Below are positions 29,881 through 39,775 of a DNA stretch of 64,000 nucleotides, piece after piece. This DNA comes from an uncultured bacterium. Lineage in GTDB: Bacteria; Oederibacteriota; PGYV01; CAWJRG01. The position numbers were made by a program, and so were the translations under genes. Under the pieces are notes generated by a model. That model saw nothing but the letters and a program-made list of their open reading frames with translations, made no database searches and was not told the DNA's origin. How positions within the stretch are numbered: position 1 is the first letter of the stretch; every line of letters starts with the position of its first letter. The stretch is from contig CAWJRG010000009.1 of NCBI GenBank assembly GCA_963845185.1, positions 384,001-448,000 of the forward strand. Direction: 5' to 3'.

Positions 29881-30699
29881 ATGTCAAATAACAGTCTAAA
29901 AATAGGTTTTATAGGTGCAGGTAATATGGCTGAGGCAATAATAAAAGCTTTAATAATATCAAAACAAACTGCGCCAAAGTTTATTATTGTTTGCGACATA
30001 AATAAGAAACGTCTTAATACGTTAAGCCGTAAATATAAAATAAGCATTGCTGCCGGAATAGATGAGATAATTAAAAGGGCGGATATAATAATGCTTGCTG
30101 TAAAGCCTATGAGCGCAAATGATGTTCTGCTTGATATGAGAGAAAAAATTAATTCAAGAAAGCTTATAATAAGCATAATGACTGGCATATCTATAGGCCG
30201 GATTCAGACTTTGTTGGGTAAAAAAATACCTGTTGTGAGGGTTATGCCAAACACTCCTGCGCTTTTATGTGAAGGGGCATGTGCTTACTCGGAAAGCAGT
30301 GAAGTGAAGGTGGGCCTGGGAAAAACTGCGGTAAAAATACTTAATACTTTCTGTAAAATATGCGTTAAACTTCCAGAAAAAAGTCTAAACATAGTCACGG
30401 TTTTAAGCGGTAGCGGCCCTGCATATTTTTTCTATTTTGCGCAGGCAATGCTTGAATACGCAAAAGAGCGTGATTTCGATTATGAAACAGCTGTAAAACT
30501 TATCGGGCAGACAATCGTAGGCGCAGGCAAGCTTATTCTTGAATCCAAGGACAACCCGGAGATATTAAGGCAAAAGGTCGCGTCAAAAGGCGGCACAACA
30601 GAAAGGGCCATAAATATTATGGACGACGCAGGATTGAACGAAATAATAAAGTGCGCCCTTTCTGCTGCTGAAAAACGGGCTGTAGAACTGGGCGGCTGA
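29881..30699 (+). CDS. proC: Pyrroline-5-carboxylate reductase
   Basis: GFIGAGNMAEA, RVMPNTP, SGSGPAY, VASKGGTT. Confidence 0.96.
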   Translation: MSNNSLKIGFIGAGNMAEAIIKALIISKQTAPKFIIVCDINKKRLNTLSRKYKISIAAGIDEIIKRADIIMLAVKPMSANDVLLDMREKINSRKLIISIMTGISIGRIQTLLGKKIPVVRVMPNTPALLCEGACAYSESSEVKVGLGKTAVKILNTFCKICVKLPEKSLNIVTVLSGSGPAYFFYFAQAMLEYAKERDFDYETAVKLIGQTIVGAGKLILESKDNPEILRQKVASKGGTTERAINIMDDAGLNEIIKCALSAAEKRAVELGG

Positions 30700-30722
30700 A
30701 GCCGTATGGCTTTGAGCCAGTA

Positions 30723-31037
30723 ATGCTTAATATCAGAGAAACGGCATACGGGCTGATAGTTGATGTTAAGGCGCTTCCCAGAAGCGAGAAAACACAGGTT
30801 TTCGGAATTCAGGGAAATGTTTTGAAAGTCAGGATAAACGCGCAGGCTGAAAAAGGAAAGGCAAATAAAGAGCTTATTGAATTTTTATCGGATTTACTGG
30901 ATATAAGAAAAATGGATGTTGAAATTATAAAAGGTGAGACAGTCAGGACCAAACAAGTTCTGATTAAAGGTATAAAAAAAGAAGAATTTTTTACCAAAAT
31001 AGGAGGAAATAATGAAGGAACTGAAATCAAATATTAA
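30723..31037 (+). CDS. yggU: DUF167 family protein
   Basis: LKVRINA..EKGKANKELI..GETVRTK; follows yggS-proC. Confidence 0.85.
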   Translation: MLNIRETAYGLIVDVKALPRSEKTQVFGIQGNVLKVRINAQAEKGKANKELIEFLSDLLDIRKMDVEIIKGETVRTKQVLIKGIKKEEFFTKIGGNNEGTEIKY

Positions 31038-31839
31038 TGACGCGCTTGAGAAAATCAGAAAAACAGCTGGGGATTTTAAACCGACTGTCGGCATAATATT
31101 AGGCACCGGATTAGGCGCTCTTTCAAAAGAAATTCAAAATGCTAAAGTGATACCATATAAGGATATCCCGCATTTCCCCCTTTCGACTGTAGAGACACAT
31201 TCAGGGATGCTTGTTTTGGGCGATATTGAAGGAAAGAAAATCGTGGCAATGTCAGGTCGTTTTCACAGATATGAAGGCTATTCTATGGAGGAAATAACGT
31301 TACCAGTACGTGTTATGAAGACTATGGGTATAAAATACCTGCTGATATCAAATGCCGCAGGCGGCATGAACAGGAGCTATGAGGCAGGAGATCTTGTAAT
31401 AATAGAAGACCATATTAATTTTATGGGAGACAACCCTCTGATCGGATTTAATGACAACGACATTGGACCCAGGTTCCCTGATATGATAGAACCGTACTCT
31501 AAAGAACTCATTAAAATTGCCGAAGAGTCGGCATGGGATTTAAAAATCATGATAAAAAAAGGCGTTTATATCGGTGTAACTGGGCCGAATCTTGAGACAA
31601 AAGCGGAATACAGGATGATGGGACAGTTTGCGGATATGGTCGGCATGTCAACAGTGCCAGAAGTAATAGCAGCAGTACATTCGAGCTTGAAGGTGCTTGG
31701 TATATCGGTTATAACAGACAAATGTGTACCGGATACGCTTGAGCCTGCCGATGTAAATAAAATAATCGCTACGGCGCAAAAAGCGGAACCAGCTTTGACT
31801 AAAGTCATGAAAGAAGTAATCAAAAGGATTAAAATCTGA
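31012..31839 (+). CDS. punA: Purine-nucleoside phosphorylase (trimeric type)
   Basis: ILGTGLG, GRFHRYEG, SNAAGG, VGMSTVPE. Confidence 0.93.
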   Translation: MKELKSNINDALEKIRKTAGDFKPTVGIILGTGLGALSKEIQNAKVIPYKDIPHFPLSTVETHSGMLVLGDIEGKKIVAMSGRFHRYEGYSMEEITLPVRVMKTMGIKYLLISNAAGGMNRSYEAGDLVIIEDHINFMGDNPLIGFNDNDIGPRFPDMIEPYSKELIKIAEESAWDLKIMIKKGVYIGVTGPNLETKAEYRMMGQFADMVGMSTVPEVIAAVHSSLKVLGISVITDKCVPDTLEPADVNKIIATAQKAEPALTKVMKEVIKRIKI

Positions 31840-31856
31840 AATAAGGGGAGGTTTTC

Positions 31857-32922
31857 ATGAAAGAGAATATCTCCTATAGAATGGAAAAATTATTCGCTTA
31901 ATATACTTGACCAGACACTTTTGCCGGGGGCTAAAAAGTATATACTGTGCAAAAATTACAGGGAAGTTGAAAAGGCAATAAAGGAAATGAAACTAAGAGG
32001 CGCGCCTTTAATCGGAATTGTTGCCGCCCTTGCCATAGCCATGGAAGTAAAAAGAAGCAATGCCGGAAATTACAATAAACTTATAAGGCAAATAAACGAC
32101 ATAGCTAATATTCTTTTGAAAACAAGGCCGACAGCTATAAATCTAAAATGGTCGCTTGACAGGATGATAAGGGTTGCCGAACTGAATAAAGACAGAAGGA
32201 TAGGAAGCGTGAAAGAGCTTGTTATAGCTGAAGCAAATAAAATATACAGGGAAGACCTGGAAAATAACAAAGCCATAGGGAGATACGGCGCGGAGCTTTT
32301 AAGGGATAAGGACAAGGTACTGACCCACTGCAATGCCGGAGCGCTTGCCACGGCAGGATACGGCACTGCAATAGGCGTGATAAGGGCAGCAGTTGAAAAA
32401 AGAAAAAGGATTTCGGTTTTTGTCGACGAAACAAGGCCGTATCTTCAGGGTGCGCGTTTGACGGCCTGGGAGCTTTCGGAGATGAAAATACCGCATTTTC
32501 TTATAACAGACAATATGGCCGGTTACTTCATGAAAAAGGGCATGATTGACGTGGTGGTTGTGGGAGCGGACAGGATAGCTGCGAACGGTGATGTGGCGAA
32601 TAAAATAGGGACATATTCTGTGGCGGTACTTGCGTATGTGCACAAAATACCTTTTTATGTTGCAGCACCGATATCCACAATAGATATGAATATAAAAACA
32701 GGCGATGAAATCCCGATAGAAGAAAGGGATGAAAGAGAAGTTAAAGTGATAGGCGACAAAGAAATAGCCCCGAAAAACACAAAAGCACTCCACCCGGCAT
32801 TTGATGTAACGCCCGCCAAATATATCAGTGCAATAATAACGGAAAAAGGCGTTGCAAGGGCGCCGTATGATATTAATCTTAGCAAATTTTTACCGGAAAA
32901 GGAGCTTTCTACAGAGATATGA
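31857..32922 (+). CDS. mtnA: Methylthioribose-1-phosphate isomerase; probable +1 frameshift just after the start codon
   Basis: RGAPLIG, TRPTAINL, THCNAG, DETRP, GADRIAANGD. The conserved N-terminus IEW..ILDQTLLP is in frame with 31921, but the SD-supported ATG 31857 is one base out. Confidence 0.92.
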
Positions 32923-33317
32923 AAAACTGGGAAGACGACAGATACTGCCTTGCCTGCGGCGAGAAAAACCCAATCGGCATGCACCTGAGTTTTGAAGTTA
33001 AAGATGACGGTTTATATACAAGTTATGTATTTCCAAAAGAGTTTCAGGGGTATAAAGATACAGTACACGGGGGAATGATATCTTTACTTTTGGATGAAAT
33101 TATGGTAAATTTACCGTGGAAAAAATTAGGAGTGCCTGTTGTGAGCGCCGAAATCAAGGTGAAGTTAAAAAAGCCACTGGCAGTCGGGCATAAAGTAACG
33201 GCAAGAGCTTTTGTGAAAAAAGAAAACAGGAAGTTTTACTTAATAAAAAGCGAGATTTTTAAAGATGATGATAAAGAACTTATAGCAACTGCTGAGTCTG
33301 TATGCGTGAAGATATAA
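32919..33317 (+). CDS. PaaI/hotdog thioesterase
   Basis: CLACGEKNPIG, FQGY..VHGG...LLDE. Confidence 0.88.
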   Translation: MKNWEDDRYCLACGEKNPIGMHLSFEVKDDGLYTSYVFPKEFQGYKDTVHGGMISLLLDEIMVNLPWKKLGVPVVSAEIKVKLKKPLAVGHKVTARAFVKKENRKFYLIKSEIFKDDDKELIATAESVCVKI

Positions 33318-33357
33318 AACAAAAACTTTAAATATAATAATTAAATGAGGTGAATAG

Positions 33358-33447
33358 ATGGGCTGTGGTAAAAAAAGGCATCGCTGGAAAATTAAGACGC
33401 ATAAAAGGAAAAAGCATCGCAGGAAAAACCGGTTTAAAAATAAATAA
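33358..33447 (+). CDS. Small basic protein, bS22/mS38 (AURKAIP1/COX24)-like ribosomal protein
   Basis: MGCGKKRHRWKIKTHKRKKHRRKNRFKNK*, 29 aa, SD GAGGTG. Below the ORF-track cutoff. Confidence 0.8.
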   Translation: MGCGKKRHRWKIKTHKRKKHRRKNRFKNK

Positions 33448-33520
33448 ATAGATTAAAATAAACGATAAAGGTACGGGCGTTTTTTGACCGTGCCAAACAA
33501 ATTATATAAGGAGATTTTTT

Positions 33521-34276
33521 ATGTCGGGACATTCCAGATGGGCAACCATTAAAAGGAAAAAAGCTTCTATCGACGCAAAAAGGGGTCAGGCATTCACGAA
33601 AATAATAAAAGAAATTATAGTTGCCGCAAAATCAGGCGGGGGAGACCAGAATTTAAACGCCAGGCTAAGGACTGTACTTGAAAAAGCAAAGGCAGTCAAT
33701 ATGCCGCAAGATAACATAAAAAAAGCAATCCAAAAAGGCACCGGCGAATTGCCTGGCATTTCTTACGAGGAGATAACATACGAAGGGTACGGCCCGGGAG
33801 GCGTCGCTTTGCTTATAAGAGTGACGACTGACAATAAGAATCGCACTGCCGCAAATTTACGGTCCACGCTAGCAAAATATAACGGTTCAATGGCCAGCCT
33901 CGGAGCTACTTCGTGGCAATTTGAGCAAAAAGGCTATATAACAGTTCCAAAAGAAACAATCGACGAGGAAACTTTGATGGAAATTGCACTTGACGCAGGG
34001 GCGCAGGATATACAAAACGAGGAAAATTCCTACGACATAACGACCAATCCGCAGGATTTTGAAAAAGTAAGAAAAGTTCTTGACGATAAAAAAATAAAAT
34101 ATTCTGCCGCAGAAGTAACAATGGTTCCGAAAAATTACATAAAAATTGAAGGCAAAGAAGCGGAACAAATGCTCAAGCTTATGAACGCCATGGACGAAGA
34201 CGAGGATGTGCAGAACGTATATGCAAATTTCGATATACCGCAAGAGATAATGGACAGGATAAGCCAGGAAGAGTAA
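33521..34276 (+). CDS. yebC: YebC/PmpR family protein
   Basis: MSGHSRWATIKRKK, YEGYGPGG, TDNKNRT, DEDVQNVYAN. Confidence 0.96.
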   Translation: MSGHSRWATIKRKKASIDAKRGQAFTKIIKEIIVAAKSGGGDQNLNARLRTVLEKAKAVNMPQDNIKKAIQKGTGELPGISYEEITYEGYGPGGVALLIRVTTDNKNRTAANLRSTLAKYNGSMASLGATSWQFEQKGYITVPKETIDEETLMEIALDAGAQDIQNEENSYDITTNPQDFEKVRKVLDDKKIKYSAAEVTMVPKNYIKIEGKEAEQMLKLMNAMDEDEDVQNVYANFDIPQEIMDRISQEE

Positions 34277-34337
34277 TAATCATTGCGGTTTTACAACACT
34301 AAACAACCATTTTTACTGAAATTACGGGTGAAACAAC

Positions 34338-35069
34338 TTGAACATCATCGAAATAAAAAACCTGACAAAAACCTACAAGGCACTTGATTTCTGGAAGCAC
34401 GATACATATAACGCAGTCAAGGATATATGCCTTGAAATAAAAGAAGGCGAGGTTTTTGGCTTGCTTGGACTTAACGGCGCAGGGAAAACAACACTGATGA
34501 AAGTAATACTTGGACTTTTATATCCTACCAGCGGAAGCGTGACGATATTTGGAAGCTCAATAGAAAACAGGGACGTAAGGAAACGTATAGGCTATTTATC
34601 CGAATTGCCTTATTTCCCCAAGTACTTGAAAACTCATGAGATACTTGATTATTTTGCGGATGTTTTCGAAATACCGGTAAATAAAAAAAGAGGAAAAATA
34701 GAAAAAATACTTGAAATGGTCGGGTTGGCTGACAAAAAAAATATTAAAATAAAAAATCTTTCAAAAGGCATGCAGGGAAGGCTCGGGCTAGCCCAGGCAT
34801 TACTTAATGACCCCGACTTGCTTTTGCTCGACGAGCCTATGAGCGGGCTCGACCCTGTGGGCTACAAAGAAACAAGGGATATAATAATCGGGCTCAATAA
34901 AAGGGGGAAAACGGTGTTTTTTAATTCGCATATACTTAGCGAGGTTGAAAAAATATGCGACCGTGTTGCCGTGCTTCACAAAGGCAAACTGGCTGACGTG
35001 CAGCCGCTGACGGCAATAAAAAAGAAATTTAAGAATCTTGAAGATTATTTTGTATCAATTGTTAGATAA
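34338..35069 (+). CDS. ABC transporter ATPase (PilH/XapD-like)
   Basis: GLNGAGKTT, LSKGM, LLDEPMSGLDP, NSHILSEVE. Confidence 0.9.
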   Translation: MNIIEIKNLTKTYKALDFWKHDTYNAVKDICLEIKEGEVFGLLGLNGAGKTTLMKVILGLLYPTSGSVTIFGSSIENRDVRKRIGYLSELPYFPKYLKTHEILDYFADVFEIPVNKKRGKIEKILEMVGLADKKNIKIKNLSKGMQGRLGLAQALLNDPDLLLLDEPMSGLDPVGYKETRDIIIGLNKRGKTVFFNSHILSEVEKICDRVAVLHKGKLADVQPLTAIKKKFKNLEDYFVSIVR

Positions 35070-35128
35070 TTATGCCTATCCAGGCAGGCGACATAAATTA
35101 AAAAGAAGACATAGGGAAAGCTTAAAAC

Positions 35129-35902
35129 ATGAAAAAAATATTAGCTGTGGCGGAATACATATTTAAACAGAGTTTCAGAAATAAAATATTGAATATGCTT
35201 ATAATATTTGCCATTTTTTCAATGGGGTTTTCCTTGATAATCAGCCTCTTAGCCCAGGAATCTGAACTAAAAATGGTCATTGATTTTGGCCTTTTTGCTA
35301 TTGAAATTTTTTCTTTTTTAACGATTGCATTGTCCCTGGCTGTGCAAATGTTTGAAGAAACCGAAATGAAAACTGTTTCGTTAATACTTGTCAAACCCAT
35401 AAAACGTTATGAATATTTGATGGGTAAATATTTAGGTGTATTATTTACTCTATTTCTTAATATATTATTCATGCTTATAACAATGATGGTCGTGATAAAA
35501 ATAAAAGGCGGGGATCCGTGGTCGCTCAAGATGCTGTTGGCAGTTTTATATATATTTATCTCCATGTGCATACTTACATCGACTGCCATTCTGCTTGAAG
35601 TAGTGACTACCTCGGTTCCAAGCTGCATTATTTTCCTGTTTTTTGTTTATGTGCTGGGCCATCTTACAGTCAACTTAAAACACATGATGGAGCAGACACA
35701 GAGCCAGACGGTTAAAATGGTCATTGACATCATTTATTATGTTATGCCTAATATGGAACTTTTCAACCTGAAAGATAAAATTTATACAACTGAAGGATTA
35801 TTTTTACCCCAATATTTTACGATTGTTTCCGGATATGCTGTTATTTATGTCGCGATAACACTTATAGCAGCAAGCTTGATTTTTGATAAAAAAGAATTCT
35901 AA
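35129..35902 (+). CDS. ABC-2 type permease (PilI/XapB-like)
   Basis: Six TM; DFGL..IE, ILVKPIKRYEYLMGKY, PNMELFNLK. Confidence 0.85.
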   Translation: MKKILAVAEYIFKQSFRNKILNMLIIFAIFSMGFSLIISLLAQESELKMVIDFGLFAIEIFSFLTIALSLAVQMFEETEMKTVSLILVKPIKRYEYLMGKYLGVLFTLFLNILFMLITMMVVIKIKGGDPWSLKMLLAVLYIFISMCILTSTAILLEVVTTSVPSCIIFLFFVYVLGHLTVNLKHMMEQTQSQTVKMVIDIIYYVMPNMELFNLKDKIYTTEGLFLPQYFTIVSGYAVIYVAITLIAASLIFDKKEF

Positions 35903-35904
35903 AA

Positions 35905-36621
35905 GTGCTAATAATGGCTAAAAGACTGCCCGCATACCTAATTTTAATCATACTTGTTTTTCTTGCATGTTTTCTGAATAGGACAGGGACAAAATATTTA
36001 TTTAAAACCCAGCCGGCATGGTACTTTTTAAATACACATTCATACAAAAAATTCATGCATATTCTCGGCGTCGGATTTGGCGTGAGGCCGATAATAGGCG
36101 ATATTGAATACATATCCTTCCTCCAATATTACGGAGACAGGGATAATTCGCAGACGGCATATAAAGACCTTTACAATTATATAACCGACATAACCGATAT
36201 TGATCCTAACTTTACATTTGCTTATTCGTACGGAAGTGCAATACTGGCGTGGAATTTGGAGAGATATGACGAGGCTATAACAGTAATCAAGAAAGGGATT
36301 GAATTTAATCCTTCTTTTTGGAAACTCAGGTTTTATCTTGGGGCAATCATTTATCGCCAAAAAGGTGAAACAATGAATTACATCAAGCTTCTTGAAGAAG
36401 CCATGAAGTTTGATGACCATCCCGCGATGATTGAGAGGATTTTAGGCAACATTTATATGCTGTATAAAACGCCGGATGAAGCGGCCAGATACTGGGTGAA
36501 GATTTATAAAGAATCAAAGCATAAAGATTCCAGAGATTTTGCGTATGAAACCCTGCGAAAAATAATAAGCGAGAAAAAAATACAGGATATCAAATCCATA
36601 ATGGACATTCTTAATAAATAA
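35905..36621 (+). CDS. Membrane-anchored TPR protein (PilG/XapA-like)
   Basis: TM; DIEYISFLQYYG, TDIDPNF..AY, KGIEFNPSFWKL. Confidence 0.65.
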   Translation: MLIMAKRLPAYLILIILVFLACFLNRTGTKYLFKTQPAWYFLNTHSYKKFMHILGVGFGVRPIIGDIEYISFLQYYGDRDNSQTAYKDLYNYITDITDIDPNFTFAYSYGSAILAWNLERYDEAITVIKKGIEFNPSFWKLRFYLGAIIYRQKGETMNYIKLLEEAMKFDDHPAMIERILGNIYMLYKTPDEAARYWVKIYKESKHKDSRDFAYETLRKIISEKKIQDIKSIMDILNK

Positions 36622-36651
36622 TCCATTGATTGAATTCAAGTTAAGTCTGAT

Positions 36652-36678
36652 CGGCCCTCTTTAATAGGGGCCGTTTTT
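36652..36678 (+). terminator. Intrinsic terminator-like hairpin before uvrA
   Basis: CGGCCCT-loop-GGGGCCG-TTTTT. Confidence 0.55.
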
Positions 36679-36696
36679 ATAATAGGAAGGAAAATA

Positions 36697-39540
36697 ATGG
36701 CTAAAAAGGTTATTACAATAAAAGGCGCAAGAGAGCACAACCTGAAAGCAATAAATCTTGAAATACCTCGCGACAAGCTTGTGGTCATCACTGGCGTCTC
36801 GGGTTCAGGCAAATCATCTCTTGCTTTTGACACCATCTATGCCGAGGGCCAGAGGCGGTATGTCGAGTCATTGTCCGCTTACGCGAGGCAATTTTTGGGT
36901 CAGATGCAGAAACCGGACGTGGACATTATTGAAGGCCTCTCGCCCGCGATTGCGATAGAGCAGAAGTCGGCAGGCAATAATCCGAGGTCAACCGTAGGAA
37001 CAATAACGGAAATTTACGATTATTTGAGGCTTTTATACGCCAGGATAGGCGTGCCGCACTGCCCAAAGTGCAAAATGCCAATAAAATCCCAGACTGTCCA
37101 GCAGATTACCGACAGGATACTTGAGTTCCCAAAGGGCGCCAGGATAAGCGTACTTGCGCCTGTAATCAAGGGCAGGAAAGGCGAGTACAACAAGCTTTTT
37201 GAAAATATAAAAAAAGAGGGATTTTTGAGGGTTAGAGTTGACAACAATGGGAAATCAATAGAGGACGAAATCAAGCTTGATAAGAACAAAAAGCACGATA
37301 TTGAAATAGTCGTTGACAGGATAACAATAAGCAAAGAGGAAAAAAAGAGGATTACCGAGTCAGTGGAGCTAGCCGTGAAATTAGGCGAGGGCGTAATGAT
37401 AGTAAACATCATGGACACCAATGAAGATATACTTTTCAGCGAAAAACTGTCGTGCCCGAAATGCGGCTTTTCCATGGCCAAACTCGAGCCTAGGTTTTTC
37501 TCGTTTAACAGCCCATTTGGTGCGTGTCCGGTATGCACGGGGCTTGGCAGCAGGGTTGAGGTCGACGAAAAACTTGTCATCGACGAACAGATAAGCCTGA
37601 GGCAGGGCGCTATCAGGCCGTGGAGCAATACCGAGGGTTATTACTGGCATTATCTCGAAAGCCTTAGTAGGGATATGAAATTCAGCCTTGATACGCCATA
37701 TTTCAAGCTGCCCGAGAACGTAAAAAAAGTTATTTTATATGGATCGGACAGGGAAATAGAATTCCATTATAAAAGGTTTTCAGATGAATACAAGTACCAT
37801 AGCCAGTTTGAAGGGTTATTGCCTTTCCTTCAAAGGCGCTACATGGAAACCGACACCGAGGCAATAAGAGAGGATATTTTTTACAAGTATATGGTGGAAA
37901 GGGTATGTAGCGCGTGCGGAGGCAAGCGCCTGAGGCCAGAGGCCATAGGAGTGCTTGTGGCGGGAAAATCCATAATAGATGTTACTGAATTGTCAGTGGA
38001 AAAAGCACATAAGTTTTTCAGCACAATCGAGCTGTCGCAGAAAGACACGATGATATCGAGGCAGATATTAAAGGAGATAAGAGGCAGGCTTGAATTCCTG
38101 CTGAATGTCGGGCTTGCTTACCTTACGCTTGAAAGAAAAGCAGGCACGCTTTCAGGCGGAGAGTTCCAGCGCATACACCTCGCGACGCAGATAGGTGTTG
38201 GACTTGTTGGCGTGCTTTACATACTTGATGAGCCGAGCATAGGCTTGCACCAGAAAGACAATATAAAACTCTTGAATACACTTAAAGATTTGCGTGATCT
38301 GGGCAATACCGTAATTGTAGTTGAGCATGATGAAGAAACAATACTGAACGCAGACCATATCATAGACATGGGGCCTGGGCCGGGGGTGCACGGTGGGGAA
38401 ATCGTTGCTGAAGGGACTTTGGAAGACATACTCAAGTCAGGTAAGTCATTGACTGCGAAATATCTTCTTAATAAAACCAAAATAACCGAAAATGAGAATA
38501 AAAGGCAGGCAGACAAGTTTTTTGAGATAACAGGGGTCACGACAAACAATTTGAAAAATATCAACGTAAAATTCCCAGTAGGGAATTTTATATGCATCAC
38601 AGGCGTTTCAGGTTCGGGCAAATCATCGCTTATAGCCGAGACGCTATATCCCGCTCTTGTCCATGAGGTGTACAGAAGTAATTTCAGGCCGGACGGCTAC
38701 AAGGAACTGAAAGGGTGGCAGTATTTTGAAAAAATAATCGAAATAGACCAGTCACCCATAGGAAGGACACCGCGGTCAAACCCAGCGACTTACACAGGCG
38801 TTTTTACCGAGATAAGGAAGCTTTTTACAATGACCAAGGAAGCCAGGCTGCGAGGCTATGACATGGGTAGGTTCAGCTTCAATGTCAAGGGCGGCAGGTG
38901 CGAGTCATGCAGCGGTGACGGCATAATAAAGATAGAAATGCATTTTTTGCCAGATGTGTATGTGCCGTGCGAGGTATGCCAGGGCAAAAGGTTTAACAGG
39001 GAAACGCTTGAGATCTTTTACAAGGACAAAAATATTTCGGACGTTCTTGACATGAGGGTCGAGGAGGCGCTCACATTTTTTGACAACATACCAACGGCGA
39101 AAAGGATACTCGGGACAATAGACGAAGTGGGGCTTGGGTATATAAGGCTTGGACAGCCTGCCACGACTTTGTCCGGCGGCGAGGCGCAGAGGATCAAGCT
39201 GGCGACTGAATTGAGCAAAAGAACTGCGGGAAATACTTTGTATCTGCTTGATGAGCCTACGACAGGCCTGCATTTTGCGGACATAGACAAACTGTTGTTA
39301 GTTTTAAACAAATTGGTTGAAATGGGCAATACCGTAATTGTCATTGAGCATAATCTTGATGTTATAAAAAACGCGGATTATATAATTGATCTCGGGCCCG
39401 AAGGCGGGGATAAGGGCGGCAATGTGGTTGCGGCAGGCGCGCCAGATACAATAATGGCAAATAAAAATTCATATACAGGGGAGTACCTTAAAAGACACAT
39501 CAAACGCAGGGAAAAGAAATCAATCCGTTCGGGGAAATAA
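36697..39540 (+). CDS. uvrA: Excinuclease ABC subunit A
   Basis: GAREHNLK, two [11 protein letters not shown]alker A motifs, Zn fingers, LSGGE signatures. Confidence 0.98.
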   Translation: MAKKVITIKGAREHNLKAINLEIPRDKLVVITGVSGSGKSSLAFDTIYAEGQRRYVESLSAYARQFLGQMQKPDVDIIEGLSPAIAIEQKSAGNNPRSTVGTITEIYDYLRLLYARIGVPHCPKCKMPIKSQTVQQITDRILEFPKGARISVLAPVIKGRKGEYNKLFENIKKEGFLRVRVDNNGKSIEDEIKLDKNKKHDIEIVVDRITISKEEKKRITESVELAVKLGEGVMIVNIMDTNEDILFSEKLSCPKCGFSMAKLEPRFFSFNSPFGACPVCTGLGSRVEVDEKLVIDEQISLRQGAIRPWSNTEGYYWHYLESLSRDMKFSLDTPYFKLPENVKKVILYGSDREIEFHYKRFSDEYKYHSQFEGLLPFLQRRYMETDTEAIREDIFYKYMVERVCSACGGKRLRPEAIGVLVAGKSIIDVTELSVEKAHKFFSTIELSQKDTMISRQILKEIRGRLEFLLNVGLAYLTLERKAGTLSGGEFQRIHLATQIGVGLVGVLYILDEPSIGLHQKDNIKLLNTLKDLRDLGNTVIVVEHDEETILNADHIIDMGPGPGVHGGEIVAEGTLEDILKSGKSLTAKYLLNKTKITENENKRQADKFFEITGVTTNNLKNINVKFPVGNFICITGVSGSGKSSLIAETLYPALVHEVYRSNFRPDGYKELKGWQYFEKIIEIDQSPIGRTPRSNPATYTGVFTEIRKLFTMTKEARLRGYDMGRFSFNVKGGRCESCSGDGIIKIEMHFLPDVYVPCEVCQGKRFNRETLEIFYKDKNISDVLDMRVEEALTFFDNIPTAKRILGTIDEVGLGYIRLGQPATTLSGGEAQRIKLATELSKRTAGNTLYLLDEPTTGLHFADIDKLLLVLNKLVEMGNTVIVIEHNLDVIKNADYIIDLGPEGGDKGGNVVAAGAPDTIMANKNSYTGEYLKRHIKRREKKSIRSGK

Positions 39541-39600
39541 TTTAACAACATTTAGTAAAGGGGAATAGAGGGGATTTATGGCAACTCTCCCTGCATTCTT

Positions 39601-39673
39601 CCGGCATATCTAAAGTGAAATCTCTAAAAAAATATTGAATAAGCCTCCCTGTTGGAGTATATTTTACGTAGGA
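39601..39673 (+). promoter_or_regulatory. Repeated promoter module, copy 1
   Basis: TATTGAATAAG...GGAGTATATTTTA (TTGAAT-17-TATATT); homologous to 41666-41739. Confidence 0.6.
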
Positions 39674-39775
39674 TTCAGAGTTTGGCATTAAGTATTCGGA
39701 ATGCAAAATTCCAGATCGCAAATTAATGAATGAAAATTAATTAAAAATTGAGAATTATTTGAAAACGGAGTATAT

